Source of the DNA: an uncultured Solirubrobacteraceae bacterium
Lineage (GTDB): Bacteria; Actinomycetota; Thermoleophilia; Solirubrobacterales; Solirubrobacteraceae
Direction: 5' to 3'
Length of the DNA stretch: 64,000 bases
Assembly (NCBI GenBank): GCA_963730725.1
Contig: CAVSSZ010000013.1
Coordinates: 6,224-70,223, forward strand
In this document: piece by piece, positions 20,326 to 30,327 of the stretch
Layout: the number at the start of each line of letters is the position of its first letter
Numbering within the stretch: the first letter of the stretch is position 1
Program-made: the position numbers and the translations under genes
The notes under the pieces: generated by a model
What the model was told of the DNA's origin: nothing
What the model saw: the letters and a program-made list of their open reading frames with translations, nothing else
Databases searched by the model: none

Positions 20326-20808
20326 CCGTGCATGCCATTGGTGTGCGGCAACTCGGCCTTTGGTCGTACCTGACGAGCGTCTGTCTCGCGTGCGCGCGCA
20401 CGCCGGCACCTGTCCGACAGTGGGCGATCTTCCGACCAGCTGTCTGAGAATTGACCACATCCCAGACGGGACGCTCGCTTCCCGCGCCGATCCGGACGCT
20501 CGCAACCACGGCCGCCGCTCCTACCGCGGCCGGGATGCGGGCGCGTGCTTCTGAGAAGCAGGCTTCAGTCATCTCGATCACGGATCATCGCGACCGCGGT
20601 TCCCACAGCCCCGCCGGCTCCAGCATCGGCCCTCGCCGGGGCCCCGTTTGAAGATGCGCGAGGCCCAGGTTCGCGGAGACGGGCGATGCCGACGACTCGG
20701 TCCTCGAGGGCCCGATCATCCCTCCCACTGATCGGGACACTGAACCGTTTCGACCCGCTCGAGGGTCAAACCGGTCAGTTGAGAACCGAACATGATGAGG
20801 AGCGAAAC

Positions 20809-21324
20809 ATGGCTCAGACCGAGAAGGCGATCCTCGCGGGTGGCTGCTTCTGGGGCGTCCAGGACCTGGTCCGCAAGCTCGACGGCGTGACCTCCACGCG
20901 GGTGGGGTACACCGGCGGCGATGTGCCCAACGCGACCTACCGGCGCCACGGAACGCACGCCGAGGCGATCGAGATCACGTTTGACCCCGACCGGATCTCG
21001 TACCGCGACCTGCTGGAGTTCTTCTTCCAGATCCACGACCCCACGACGCTGAACCGTCAGGGCAACGACCGCGGCACCAGTTATCGCTCGGCGATCTTCT
21101 ACCTCGACGACGCGCAGCGCCGGGTCGCCGAGGACACGATCGCCGATGTCGACGCGTCTGGTTTGTGGCCCGCGAAGGTCGTCACCGAGGTGGCGGCCGC
21201 GGGGCCGTTCTGGGAGGCCGAGCCCGAGCACCAGGACTATCTGCAGCGCTACCCCCACGGATACACCTGCCACTACGTGCGCCCCGGCTGGAAGCTGCCG
21301 CGACGCGCACCGCAGGCCGCCTGA
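20809..21324 (+). CDS. msrA: Peptide-methionine (S)-S-oxide reductase
   Basis: AGGCFWG, GHAEA-like [31 protein letters not shown]; GAGGAG RBS. Confidence 0.98.
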   Translation: MAQTEKAILAGGCFWGVQDLVRKLDGVTSTRVGYTGGDVPNATYRRHGTHAEAIEITFDPDRISYRDLLEFFFQIHDPTTLNRQGNDRGTSYRSAIFYLDDAQRRVAEDTIADVDASGLWPAKVVTEVAAAGPFWEAEPEHQDYLQRYPHGYTCHYVRPGWKLPRRAPQAA

Positions 21325-21386
21325 TCGCATCTGCGCTCACGTCTGCCCGCGGCTCCTGGCCGCGGGCAGCGATTGCACCTGATTCA

Positions 21387-21459
21387 TGCCGCCGGTGGGG
21401 CTCGAACCCACGACCCGAGGATTAAAAGTCCCCTGCTCTACCAGCTGAGCTACAGCGGC
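21387..21459 (-). tRNA. tRNA-Lys(UUU)
   Basis: GCCGCTGTAGCTCAGCTGGTAGAGCAGGGGACTTTTAATCCTCGGGTCGTGGGTTCGAGCCCCACCGGCGGCA folds to a cloverleaf; anticodon TTT; CCA not encoded. Confidence 0.97.
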
Positions 21460-21585
21460 CTGGGGTTCATGATCGCGCACTCTGGGCGTGTTCTGAGGCC
21501 AGGTGGCCGAGAAAGCGCTCAGAGTGCAGCCGCCCACAGAGCCGAGCGCTGGCGGAACCGCTGGTGCACTGGTACGCTCGGCGCC

Positions 21586-21660
21586 GTGAGCACGCGCGCG
21601 CACGCCATCCGCAGCACCGTTGCCGGCAGCGCCTGCGCGTTCTTCGTCATTACCACCTAG
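21586..21660 (+). CDS. Candidate leader peptide (24 aa, ends FFVITT)
   Basis: GTG lies 7 nt after a -10-like TACGCT (21573-21578); the stop abuts alternative hairpins upstream of an ACT gene. Confidence 0.55.
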   Translation: MSTRAHAIRSTVAGSACAFFVITT

Positions 21661-21753
21661 ATCCCAGCTCGATCAACAACGAGCTGTGGATCGGATCGGC
21701 CCCGTCGGGTCGAGCTGGTGGTCTGATACCGCTCGGGACCGTGGGGCCAGGAG
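21652..21753 (+). promoter_or_regulatory. Attenuator-like mutually exclusive RNA structures
   Basis: CCAGCTCGA (21664-72) pairs with CGAGCTG (21680-86) or TCGAGCTGG (21710-18). The latter is otherwise inside hairpin 21698-21748, which ends at SD AGGAG. Confidence 0.55.
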
Positions 21754-21760
21754 AACGCCC

Positions 21761-22042
21761 ATGACCCCAGCAGTCGTCCCTCCCCCACCGACATCGACGC
21801 ATACCGCTTTGCACCTCGAGCTGGAGCTCGAACGCGACAGCGAGACGGCGCTGCTCCGGGTCGTCTCCACGCTGCACCGCCGTCGCTGCCGGGTGCTGCA
21901 CGCGACCTTCCACGGCGACGCCGGGACCTGCGACCAGCTCGACCTCCACGTGGAGGCGCCGGAACCGTATGCGCCCCGAGTCGAGCACTGGCTGCGAGGA
22001 CTCGTGGATGTTCGCCGCGCCATCACCGTCGCATCTGATTGA
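21761..22042 (+). CDS. Stand-alone ACT-domain protein (IlvM/IlvN-like)
   Basis: ETALLRVVSTLHRR...LRGLVDVRRA parallels IlvM (ETLERVLRVVRHR...LNKLVDVAHV); AGGAG RBS. Confidence 0.7.
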   Translation: MTPAVVPPPPTSTHTALHLELELERDSETALLRVVSTLHRRRCRVLHATFHGDAGTCDQLDLHVEAPEPYAPRVEHWLRGLVDVRRAITVASD

Positions 22043-23433
22043 GTGCGCGCATGACCGAGCTCGCCGACCTGCCCGCCACCGAACTCCGAACGCTCTACGC
22101 CGCCGGCGACACGCGCCCGAGCGAAGTGATCGATGCGGTCCTGGCGCGGCTCGAGTCGTGGGAGCCGCGTCTCTGCGCGTTCACCCAGGTGATGGCCGAG
22201 GCGGCGCGGGAGGAGGCACGCCGCTCCGACGGACGTCACGCACGCCGCGAGCCGCTGGGCGTGCTCGACGGGATCCCGGTCTCCATCAAGGAGAACATCG
22301 CGACCGCCGGTGACCCGTACCGGATGGGAACCGCGGCGACGCTGCCGACCGTGTCAGACGCCGATGCTCCGGCCGCGGCACGGCTGAAGGAGGCCGGCGC
22401 GGTCATCTTCGGCAAGACGACGATGCCGGACTTCGGGATGATGACCTCCGGGGTCTCGAGCCTGCATCCGACGACGCGGAATCCGTGGAACCCCGACTGG
22501 AATCCGGGCGGGTCGAGTGCGGGTGCGGGCGCGGCGGCCGGTGCCGGGATCGGCCCGATCCACCTCGGGACCGACATCGGGGGCTCGGTCCGGCTGCCCG
22601 CCGGGTGGTGCGGGGTCGCCGGACTGAAGCCGAGCTTCGGCCGGATCCCGGTGTCACCTCCGTACTACGGCCGCTGCATCGGGCCGCTCGCCCGCCGGGT
22701 CGAGGACCTGGCGCTCGCGATGTCCGTCGTGACACTTCCCGACGATCGCGACCATATGAGCCTTCCCTACGCGTCGCTGAGGTGGACCGAGATCACCGCC
22801 GCGCCGCTCGACGGCGTCCGGATCGGACTCTGCACCGACGCCGGCGGCGGCATCCCACCCGAGCCCGAGGTCCGCGAGGCGGTCGAGGCCGCGGCGCGCG
22901 CGCTCGAGGCCGCAGGCGCGACCATCGAGCGCGTTCCCACCCTGATCGACGAGGCCCTGCTCGAGGGCCTGGATCGCTTCTGGCGGACGCGGAGCTACCT
23001 CGACATGAAGGCGCTCGGTCCGGACGCCGCTGCGCGGGCGCTCCCGTACATCCGAGACTGGGCCGCGCCCGCCGAGCACTACAGCGCCGAAGATGTATTC
23101 ACCGCGTTCAGCGCGATGGACGGGATGTCGATCGCGATCGGACGCGCGTTCGGCGAGCTCGATTTCCTGCTCACCCTGGTCGCTCCGATTCCCACCTACG
23201 CCGCTGAGGAGCCGGGGCCGATCGGACCCGAGCAGGGGCTCGCCCATATCGGCTTCACCGCGCCGTTCAACATGTCGGGCCACCCGGCGATCAGCGTGCC
23301 CTGGACGGTGTGCGAGGACGGGCGGCCGATTCCCATCCAGCTCGTCGGGCGCCGGCATCGTGACCCGGAGGTGCTGGCGCTGGCGCTCGCCTGCGAGCAG
23401 CTGCGGCCGAGCCAGCCCGAGTGGCCGAGCTGA
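22039..23433 (+). CDS. Amidase-signature family amidase
   Basis: GIPVSIKEN, GKTT, PGGSSAG, GTDIGGSVRLPA (Ser-cisSer-Lys triad); start TTG 22039 or ATG 22051. Confidence 0.95.
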   Translation: MSARMTELADLPATELRTLYAAGDTRPSEVIDAVLARLESWEPRLCAFTQVMAEAAREEARRSDGRHARREPLGVLDGIPVSIKENIATAGDPYRMGTAATLPTVSDADAPAAARLKEAGAVIFGKTTMPDFGMMTSGVSSLHPTTRNPWNPDWNPGGSSAGAGAAAGAGIGPIHLGTDIGGSVRLPAGWCGVAGLKPSFGRIPVSPPYYGRCIGPLARRVEDLALAMSVVTLPDDRDHMSLPYASLRWTEITAAPLDGVRIGLCTDAGGGIPPEPEVREAVEAAARALEAAGATIERVPTLIDEALLEGLDRFWRTRSYLDMKALGPDAAARALPYIRDWAAPAEHYSAEDVFTAFSAMDGMSIAIGRAFGELDFLLTLVAPIPTYAAEEPGPIGPEQGLAHIGFTAPFNMSGHPAISVPWTVCEDGRPIPIQLVGRRHRDPEVLALALACEQLRPSQPEWPS

Positions 23434-23544
23434 CGCCACCCCCTGCGGACGGGTGGCGAGCGGATCGGAGAGCGAGGAGGTATTTGGGGTGCCCTCCGAT
23501 CCGCAGTCGCACCTGCTCCGCACCGTGATGCGGCGGGGAGAAGT

Positions 23545-24645
23545 TCAGGGCGTGGCGGCGCGCTCCCGGAGGACATGTGCCACCGCGCGCTCGACCGCGT
23601 CGGCCGCCTCCTGTGTCGTCGCCCGGCCGCCGAGATCGGGGGTGCGGCCCTCCTCGGAGGCCAGCACCTCGACCACCGCGGCTTCGAGCGTGTCGGCGGC
23701 CGCGCCGAGGCCGACGTCGCGCAGCAGCATCGCGCTCGATAACACGCACGCCATCGGGTTGGCGATGCCCCGGCCCGCGATGTCGGGCGCGGACCCATGC
23801 ACGGGCTCGAACATGCCAGGCCCGCCGCCGTTGGGCGAGATGTTCGCGCTGGGCGCCATCCCGAGCCCACCGGCAATCGGTGCGCCGGCGTCGGAGAGGA
23901 TGTCGCCGAACAGGTTGCTGCAGACGAGCACCCCGAGCGAGGCGGGTCGCTCGATCAGTCGTGCGGCCATCGCGTCGACATAGCTCTTCTCGACGGGGAC
24001 TGCGGGGAACTCGGCCGCGCCGAGCTCGAAGACGACCTCGTCCCACAGGGCGTAGCCGAAGCGCGAGACGTTCGACTTGGTCACCAGCGTGAGCGTCTGA
24101 TCGCGCGCGCGCGCGAGCGCGAACGCGTACCGGGCGACGCGGGTGATCGCGCGCCGGGTGTGGACCGCCACGTCCGTGGCGATCTCATCGGGAGAGCCCT
24201 GGTGAACGCGCCCACCGATGCCCGAGTACTCGCCCTCGGTGTTCTCCCGAACGACCACGAAGTCGGCGTGGGGCGAGTTGCGGATGGGCGAGGGCACACC
24301 CGGCCAGGCCCGGATCGGCCGCAGGTTGACAAAGAGATCCAGCGCCTTGCGGATCGGCAGCACCAGCGTCCAGACCGAGTCCGAGGGAGACAGCTCCGGA
24401 TGTCCGACGGCGCCGAGCAGAATCGCGTCGTGGCGACGTAGCTGCTCCGGCCCGTCGGGCGGCATCGCGTGGCCTGTGCGCAGCAGCCGATCGCCGCCCC
24501 AGTCGAGCTCGGTGATCTCGACGGTGGCGCCGTGACCCTCCGCCGCCGCCACCAGCGAGGGCAGGGTGGCATGGACGACCTCAGGGCCGATCCCGTCGCC
24601 TCCGATCGTCGCGATCCGCAGGCTCGGGCTCCCGGCCGCGGTCAC
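23545..24645 (-). CDS. Tartrate/3-isopropylmalate dehydrogenase family decarboxylating dehydrogenase
   Basis: GDGIGPEV, VVRENTEGEY, SNLFGDILSD, FEPVHGSAPDIAG. Confidence 0.93.
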   Translation of the reverse strand: MTAAGSPSLRIATIGGDGIGPEVVHATLPSLVAAAEGHGATVEITELDWGGDRLLRTGHAMPPDGPEQLRRHDAILLGAVGHPELSPSDSVWTLVLPIRKALDLFVNLRPIRAWPGVPSPIRNSPHADFVVVRENTEGEYSGIGGRVHQGSPDEIATDVAVHTRRAITRVARYAFALARARDQTLTLVTKSNVSRFGYALWDEVVFELGAAEFPAVPVEKSYVDAMAARLIERPASLGVLVCSNLFGDILSDAGAPIAGGLGMAPSANISPNGGGPGMFEPVHGSAPDIAGRGIANPMACVLSSAMLLRDVGLGAAADTLEAAVVEVLASEEGRTPDLGGRATTQEAADAVERAVAHVLRERAATP

Positions 24646-26033
24646 AGCGCCACGCACACGTTCTTGATCTGCGTGTAGGACTCGAGCGCCTCAAGGCCCT
24701 TGCCCCGTCCGTATCCGCTCTGCTTCATCCCGCCGAACGGCAGCTCGATGCCGCCCGCGACGCCAAAGCCGTTGACGTAGATCTGCCCGGCGGAGATCTC
24801 GGCGGCCACCCGGTGGCCGCGGCTGATGTCCCGGGTCCAGATCCCGGTGACCAGGCCGTAGGGCGTCGCGTTGGCGAGCTCGACGGCACGCCGCTCACCC
24901 TCGAAGGTGGTGACGCTCAGCACCGGACCGAACACCTCCTCCTCGAAGATCTCCTGGCCACGGGTGACGCCGGTCACCACCGTCGGCTCCAGATACCAGC
25001 CGTTCTCCAGGCCCGCCGGGGCACCGCCGCCGAGGGCGAGCACGGCGCCCGCCTGGAGCGCCCTCGCGAGCATCCCGCGCGCCCGCTCGAGCTGGCGCTC
25101 GGAGACGAGTGGACCGAGATCGGGATCCTCACTCCCGGGGCCGATCCGGATCTCGCGCATCTCAGCGATCACCCGGTCGAGCAGCGCGGCCGCGGCCGAC
25201 TCCTCGACCAGGAGCCGCGATCCGGCCGAGCAGCTCTGGCCGGCGTTCTGCAGAAGGCTCTTCACGATCACCGGCGCCGCGCGGTCGAGATCGGCGTCGG
25301 CGAACACGACGTTCGGGGACTTCCCGCCGAGCTCGAGCTGCACCGGCACGAGCCGCTCGGCGCACGCCCCGGCGACGATCCGGCCGACCGCCGCGGAGCC
25401 GACGAACGTGACGAAGTCGACGCACGGATCGGCGACGAGCGCTTGGCCGACCGCGCCGTGCCCGGTGACCACCCCGAGCGCACCGACGGGCAGACCGCAC
25501 TCCAGTGCGATCTCGGCAATCCGCAGAGGCGTCACCGATCCGAGCTCGGACGGCTTGACCACGACGGTGTTGCCGGCCGCAAGCGCGGGCGCCGCACAGC
25601 GGGCGAGCACCTGCATCGGATAGTTCCAGGGGATGATCTGCCCGCATACCCCCCAGGGCTCTCTCACCGTGTAGTCGAGGAACCCCGGGCCGAGCGGGAT
25701 CGAGGTGCCGCGGATCTTGTCCGCGGCACCGGAGTAGAAGTCGAAGTAGTCGACGGTCACCTTGACGTCGGCGCGCGCCTGCGCGAGCGGCTTACCGGTG
25801 TCGCGGGACTCGAGCGCGGCGAGCTCCTCGGCCTCCGCCTCGATGCCGCGCGCGAGCGCCCGCAGCGCCGCGACGCGAGTGGCCGGCCGCCGCCATTCCG
25901 GGTCGCGCAGGGCAACCCGTGCGCTCCGGACCGCAGCCGCCACCTCCTCGGGCGTGTGCTCGCGGATCTCCGCGAACGGCTCGCGGGTCGAGGGGTCGAT
26001 CGCGGGGAAGCTGGGCGACATGGCGGCACTCAC
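24642..26033 (-). CDS. Aldehyde dehydrogenase
   Basis: IIPWNYP, LELGGKSP, NAGQSCSA, EEVFGPV, PFGGMKQSG. Confidence 0.97.
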   Translation of the reverse strand: MSAAMSPSFPAIDPSTREPFAEIREHTPEEVAAAVRSARVALRDPEWRRPATRVAALRALARGIEAEAEELAALESRDTGKPLAQARADVKVTVDYFDFYSGAADKIRGTSIPLGPGFLDYTVREPWGVCGQIIPWNYPMQVLARCAAPALAAGNTVVVKPSELGSVTPLRIAEIALECGLPVGALGVVTGHGAVGQALVADPCVDFVTFVGSAAVGRIVAGACAERLVPVQLELGGKSPNVVFADADLDRAAPVIVKSLLQNAGQSCSAGSRLLVEESAAAALLDRVIAEMREIRIGPGSEDPDLGPLVSERQLERARGMLARALQAGAVLALGGGAPAGLENGWYLEPTVVTGVTRGQEIFEEEVFGPVLSVTTFEGERRAVELANATPYGLVTGIWTRDISRGHRVAAEISAGQIYVNGFGVAGGIELPFGGMKQSGYGRGKGLEALESYTQIKNVCVAL

Positions 26034-26818
26034 AGGTCACGCCCTCCGTCGACGTTCATCACGAGTCCGGTCACGTTGCTCGCCTCGTCGCTGGCCAGGT
26101 AGACGGCGGCGGCGGCGACGTCGTCAGGCTGGATCGCGTTGCCGAGCGGCATGCCGGCCCGCATCGCGCGCAGGGCCTCGTCCTCGTCATCGGCGAACGC
26201 GAACTCCTTGAGCATCGGCGTCTGCGCGGGCCCCGGGTTGATGATGTTCACCCGGGTGTGGTCGGCTGCCAGCTCGACCGCGAGCCCGCGAGCGAGGCCG
26301 ACAACCCCGCTCTTGGAGGCGACGTAGGCGGCCATCCCCGGCCGGGGACGCCGGGCGGCCATCGACCCGGTGACGATGATCGAGCCGCCGCCCCCTTCCC
26401 GCATCACCGGCGCGACGGCCTGCGCGCACAGGAAGAAGCCCTTCAGGTTCACGTCGATGATCCGGTCCCACTCGGCGGCGGTGATCTCGGCCAGCGGCTT
26501 GACCGACTCGGCGATCCCCGCATTGCTGAACAGGACATCGAGGGCGCCGAACCGCTCGACCGCCGCCCGCACCATCGCGGCGACGGCCGCCTCGTCGGAG
26601 ACGTCCACCTCCCACGGGGCGGCATCCGGCCCGAGCGCCGCGCAGATCTGCTCCGCGTGGGAGCGATCGATGTCGGCGACGAGCACGCGTGCGCCCTCGG
26701 CGACGAAACGGCGAGCGCTGCCCGCGCCGATTCCGCTTCCCGCTCCGGTGATGATCGCCACCTTGCCCTCGAGCCGGCGGCCCGTCCGTGGCGCGATCGC
26801 TGATTCAGCCTGATGCAT
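26030..26818 (-). CDS. SDR family oxidoreductase
   Basis: TGAGSGIG, SNAG, YVASK, VDGG. Confidence 0.96.
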   Translation of the reverse strand: MHQAESAIAPRTGRRLEGKVAIITGAGSGIGAGSARRFVAEGARVLVADIDRSHAEQICAALGPDAAPWEVDVSDEAAVAAMVRAAVERFGALDVLFSNAGIAESVKPLAEITAAEWDRIIDVNLKGFFLCAQAVAPVMREGGGGSIIVTGSMAARRPRPGMAAYVASKSGVVGLARGLAVELAADHTRVNIINPGPAQTPMLKEFAFADDEDEALRAMRAGMPLGNAIQPDDVAAAAVYLASDEASNVTGLVMNVDGGRDL

Positions 26819-27827
26819 CTGTTCCCGCCTCTGATGTCGGTTGTGTGTCGGATGGCGTGGTCGTGCGCAGCCGGATCCCGCCGAGCGTCTGACCGGTGCT
26901 CGACAGCCACACGCCGAGCAGGATCACCACGCCATAGACGATCTCAAGGTCGGCCGGCTTCAGGTGGAAGAGCGGCAGCAGCGCGCTGAGGACGGTCAGG
27001 GTGAGGGCGCCGGCGACGGTGCCCCAGTAGGTGCCGCGGCCGCCGAGGATCGAGGCGCCGCCGACCACCACCGCAGCGATTGAGGTGAACAGGTATGGGG
27101 CGCCGATGTCCAGGTAGGTGGTGCCGACGTAGCCCGCGAGCACAATGCCCCCGAACGCCGACGCCGCGCCGGAGATGGCGTAGGTGATCAGGCGGACCCG
27201 ATCGATCCGGATGCCGGACAGGCTCGCCGCGACCTCGTTCTCGCCGGTCGCGTGAACGCGACGCCCGAACGCGGTGCGGCTGATCAGCACCCCGCAGGCG
27301 AGCGCGACCGCCAGCCACACGATCGCGATCACCGGGACCGGCCCGGCCCGGTTGCTTGCGAGCTCGACGGCGATCGAAGGCACGGTGTCGCCGCTGCTCG
27401 ACAGCTGCCCGACCCCGAGCAGGTAGGCCTGGATCAACCCGCCCATGGCGAGTGTCATCACGATCGGCGGGACGCGCAGCCGGGTCACCCCGATCCCGTT
27501 GAGGATGCCGATCCCGACGCCGATCGCGATCACGACCACCACACCGAGCCCAGCGGGCGTGCCGGACGCCGACAGCCGGGACAGCTCGACCCCGCCGAAC
27601 GCCATCAGCCACGGAACCGACAGGTCGAGACCGCCGGCCAGGATCACCAGCGTCTGGCCGAGCGCCGCAAAGCCGACGAAGCTCGCGAACACGAGCATCT
27701 GGCGGATCGAGCTGCCGGAGGCGAATCCCGATGAGTGGATGACCCCGACGATGAACAGCACGGCGGTGAGCCCGTAGGCCATGACCGTGCTCTGGCGCTC
27801 GGCCAGCCAGTCGGCGACCCGATTCAT
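26805..27827 (-). CDS. Sugar-type (CUT2) ABC permease 2
   Basis: GGLDLSV, GENEVAASLSGI, IAAVVVGGASILGGRG. Confidence 0.93.
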   Translation of the reverse strand: MNRVADWLAERQSTVMAYGLTAVLFIVGVIHSSGFASGSSIRQMLVFASFVGFAALGQTLVILAGGLDLSVPWLMAFGGVELSRLSASGTPAGLGVVVVIAIGVGIGILNGIGVTRLRVPPIVMTLAMGGLIQAYLLGVGQLSSSGDTVPSIAVELASNRAGPVPVIAIVWLAVALACGVLISRTAFGRRVHATGENEVAASLSGIRIDRVRLITYAISGAASAFGGIVLAGYVGTTYLDIGAPYLFTSIAAVVVGGASILGGRGTYWGTVAGALTLTVLSALLPLFHLKPADLEIVYGVVILLGVWLSSTGQTLGGIRLRTTTPSDTQPTSEAGTDASG

Positions 27828-28813
27828 GCGCGCCTCCTCGTGGCCGCAGCGCTCAGCAGCGTGCGGGCGATGACCAGCGCGAGGAGCAGCGCCGAGGCCG
27901 CCGCCACCGACACCCACGTCGCGAGGTTCTCCGCGCCGACGATGTCGTTGATCAGGGTCAGCGACATCGCCGCCATCATCGTCATCCCCACCCCACCCTC
28001 GCCGCCGCGCAGGCTGGTGCCGCCGATCACAACGGCGGCAACGCTGGTGAGGATGTACGGGTCGCCGCCGGTCGGAGTGCCGCTGGCATTCGCGCCGGCG
28101 GCGTAGATCCCAGCGAGCGCGGCGCACAGGCCCGCGATCATGTAGACGGCGAGCTTGACCGTGCGCACCGGCGTGCCATTGAGCCGGGCCCGCTCCTGAT
28201 CGGCGCCGACCGCATACATGCGGACCCCGAAGCGTGTCGCCCGCAGGGCGCGCCACACGACGAAGATCGCGACGAGGATGACGATCGAGCTCGGGATCCC
28301 CGCCACCTGGTCGACGAGCAGGTTGCTGAGGAACGGCGGCGGCGAGCCGCCGTCGGTCGGCAGGATGGTGAGCGCGATCCCGTTGAAGATCGTCCAGGTG
28401 CCGAGCGTCGCGATGAACGGCTGGAAGCCGAGGCGCACGACGAGCAACCCGTTGAGCGCGCCCATCGCCAGGCCGAGACCAAGCGCAACGAGCAGCAGCC
28501 ACTGATGCGCTCCGCCATGCATGCCAACCCACTGGACGGTGACCGCGTTGGCGACAACGTACATGCCGCCCACCGACAGGTCGATGCCGCCGACGAGCAC
28601 GACGAACGTCTGTGCGACCGCGAGCAGGACGAGCGGCAGCGCGGTCTCGATCAGCAGTCCGATCTGGACCAGGTTGCCGAGCGCGGGCTGGATGCTGAGA
28701 TCGGCGATGATCAGCGCGACCAGGATCAGCGCGGTGACCAGATTGGTCCAGGACCAGCTGCGCCGCAGCGAGACGGAGAGCGGCCGGGCGCGGGGCGGCG
28801 TGGCGGTGGTCAT
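27824..28813 (-). CDS. Sugar-type (CUT2) ABC permease 1
   Basis: GGIDLSVG, PFIATLG, VAAVVIGGTSLRGGEG. Confidence 0.93.
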   Translation of the reverse strand: MTTATPPRARPLSVSLRRSWSWTNLVTALILVALIIADLSIQPALGNLVQIGLLIETALPLVLLAVAQTFVVLVGGIDLSVGGMYVVANAVTVQWVGMHGGAHQWLLLVALGLGLAMGALNGLLVVRLGFQPFIATLGTWTIFNGIALTILPTDGGSPPPFLSNLLVDQVAGIPSSIVILVAIFVVWRALRATRFGVRMYAVGADQERARLNGTPVRTVKLAVYMIAGLCAALAGIYAAGANASGTPTGGDPYILTSVAAVVIGGTSLRGGEGGVGMTMMAAMSLTLINDIVGAENLATWVSVAAASALLLALVIARTLLSAAATRRRA

Positions 28814-30327
28814 GCGGCGACCACCTTCGAATCGCGGCCCTGGCCGACGGCGAGGCGCAGGATCGCGTCCTCGCTCAGCTCCGCCTGATCGATGTGGCCG
28901 ACCACCCGGCCCTCGGCGAGGACGGCAACCCGATGGCACATGTGGACCAGCTCGGAGAGGTCGCTGGAGTAGAAGAGGATCGCGGTCCCCCCGCGGGCCA
29001 GCTCGGTCATCAGCGTGAAGATGCTCGCCTTGGTGCCGACGTCGACGCCGCGCGTGCAGTCGTGCAGCAGCAGCACCGCCGGCCGGTTGAGGATCGCCTT
29101 GGCAAGCACGACCTTCTGCTGGTTGCCGCCGCTCATCGTGCTCACGCGCGACCCGAGCCGCTCCGGGTCGACGCCGACCGTCTGCGCGGCACCGCGGGCG
29201 GCCGTGTCCTCTCGACGGCGGTCGAGCAGGCCTCCGCGTACGAACTCGCCAAGCGTCGCCGCGGTGATGTTGTGACGCACGCTCTGGGCGAGGAACAGGC
29301 CCTCGCGCTGGCGATCCTCGGGCACGTAGGCGACCCCCTGCCGGAGCGCCTGAGCCGGAGAGCGCGGCTGGTAGACGCCTCCGCCGAGGCTCACCTCACC
29401 GCTCGTCCACGGGCTCGCGCCCGCCAGCACCCGCAGGACCTCGCGCTGGCCTTGGCCCTGCAGGCCACCGACGCCGAGGATCTCGCCCCGATGGGCGACC
29501 AGATCGACCGGACCGGGCAGCCCCGGCGCCGCCAGCGCGGTGACGCGGATCGCCTCCTCCTGGCCGTGGGCCGGCCGCTCGGGATACAGGCGCTCGACGC
29601 GCCGGCCGAGCATCGCCGCGATCAGCGCGTCGTCGTCGATCTCGCCGGCGGCGGCGCTCACCACGTCGACCCCGGCCCGCAGGACGGTGATCCGATCGGC
29701 GAACTCGCGCACCTCGGCGAGGCGGTGGGTGACGAGCAGCACGACGGCGCCGGCGCGGGCCGCCCGGCGGCCCTGGTCGAGCACCCAGCGGCTGTCGGTG
29801 CTCGAGAGCGCCGAGGTCGCCTCGTCGAGGATCAGCACCTGGGGTTCGTCCCGCAGCGCCTTGACCACCTCCAGCAGCTGGCGGTCACCGAGACCGAGCT
29901 CGGCGACCGGAGCGTCGGGATCGATCCGCCCGAGCTCGAAGCGCTCGAGCAGCGCCCGCGCCGCCCGCCGGCGCTCACGGGCCCGGACGATCCCCAACAC
30001 GGTCCGCTCGCGCCCGTACATCAGGTTCTCCGCGACAGTCATCTGCGGGATCGTCGACAGCTCCTGGAACACCATCCGGACCCCCGCGCGTGAGGCGTCG
30101 CGAGGGCCGGCGAGCGTCACCTGCACTCCGTCGAGCACCACCTGGCCAGCGTCGGCGGGCACGACGCCGGCCAGGATCCGCATCAGCGTGGACTTGCCCG
30201 CCCCGTTCTCGCCGAGCACCGCGTGCACGTCGCCGCGCGCCGCCTGCAGCGCGACGCCCTCCAGCACGCGCACCGCGCCGAAGCGCTTGTACATCTCGGC
30301 GACCGTCAGGCCGGGCGGCGTGCTCAC
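28810..30327 (-). CDS. Sugar ABC transporter ATP-binding protein (tandem NBD)
   Basis: GENGAGKST, LILDEATS, MSGGNQQK, DCTRGVDVG. Confidence 0.96.
   Translation of the reverse strand: MSTPPGLTVAEMYKRFGAVRVLEGVALQAARGDVHAVLGENGAGKSTLMRILAGVVPADAGQVVLDGVQVTLAGPRDASRAGVRMVFQELSTIPQMTVAENLMYGRERTVLGIVRARERRRAARALLERFELGRIDPDAPVAELGLGDRQLLEVVKALRDEPQVLILDEATSALSSTDSRWVLDQGRRAARAGAVVLLVTHRLAEVREFADRITVLRAGVDVVSAAAGEIDDDALIAAMLGRRVERLYPERPAHGQEEAIRVTALAAPGLPGPVDLVAHRGEILGVGGLQGQGQREVLRVLAGASPWTSGEVSLGGGVYQPRSPAQALRQGVAYVPEDRQREGLFLAQSVRHNITAATLGEFVRGGLLDRRREDTAARGAAQTVGVDPERLGSRVSTMSGGNQQKVVLAKAILNRPAVLLLHDCTRGVDVGTKASIFTLMTELARGGTAILFYSSDLSELVHMCHRVAVLAEGRVVGHIDQAELSEDAILRLAVGQGRDSKVVAA

Noticed and set aside
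22039-23433. gatA assignment
   Set aside because: No gatB/gatC and lacks GatA-specific segments; generic amidase.
23545-24645. leuB assignment
   Set aside because: Catabolic context without leuCD, and tartrate-dehydrogenase-like features; family-level call only.
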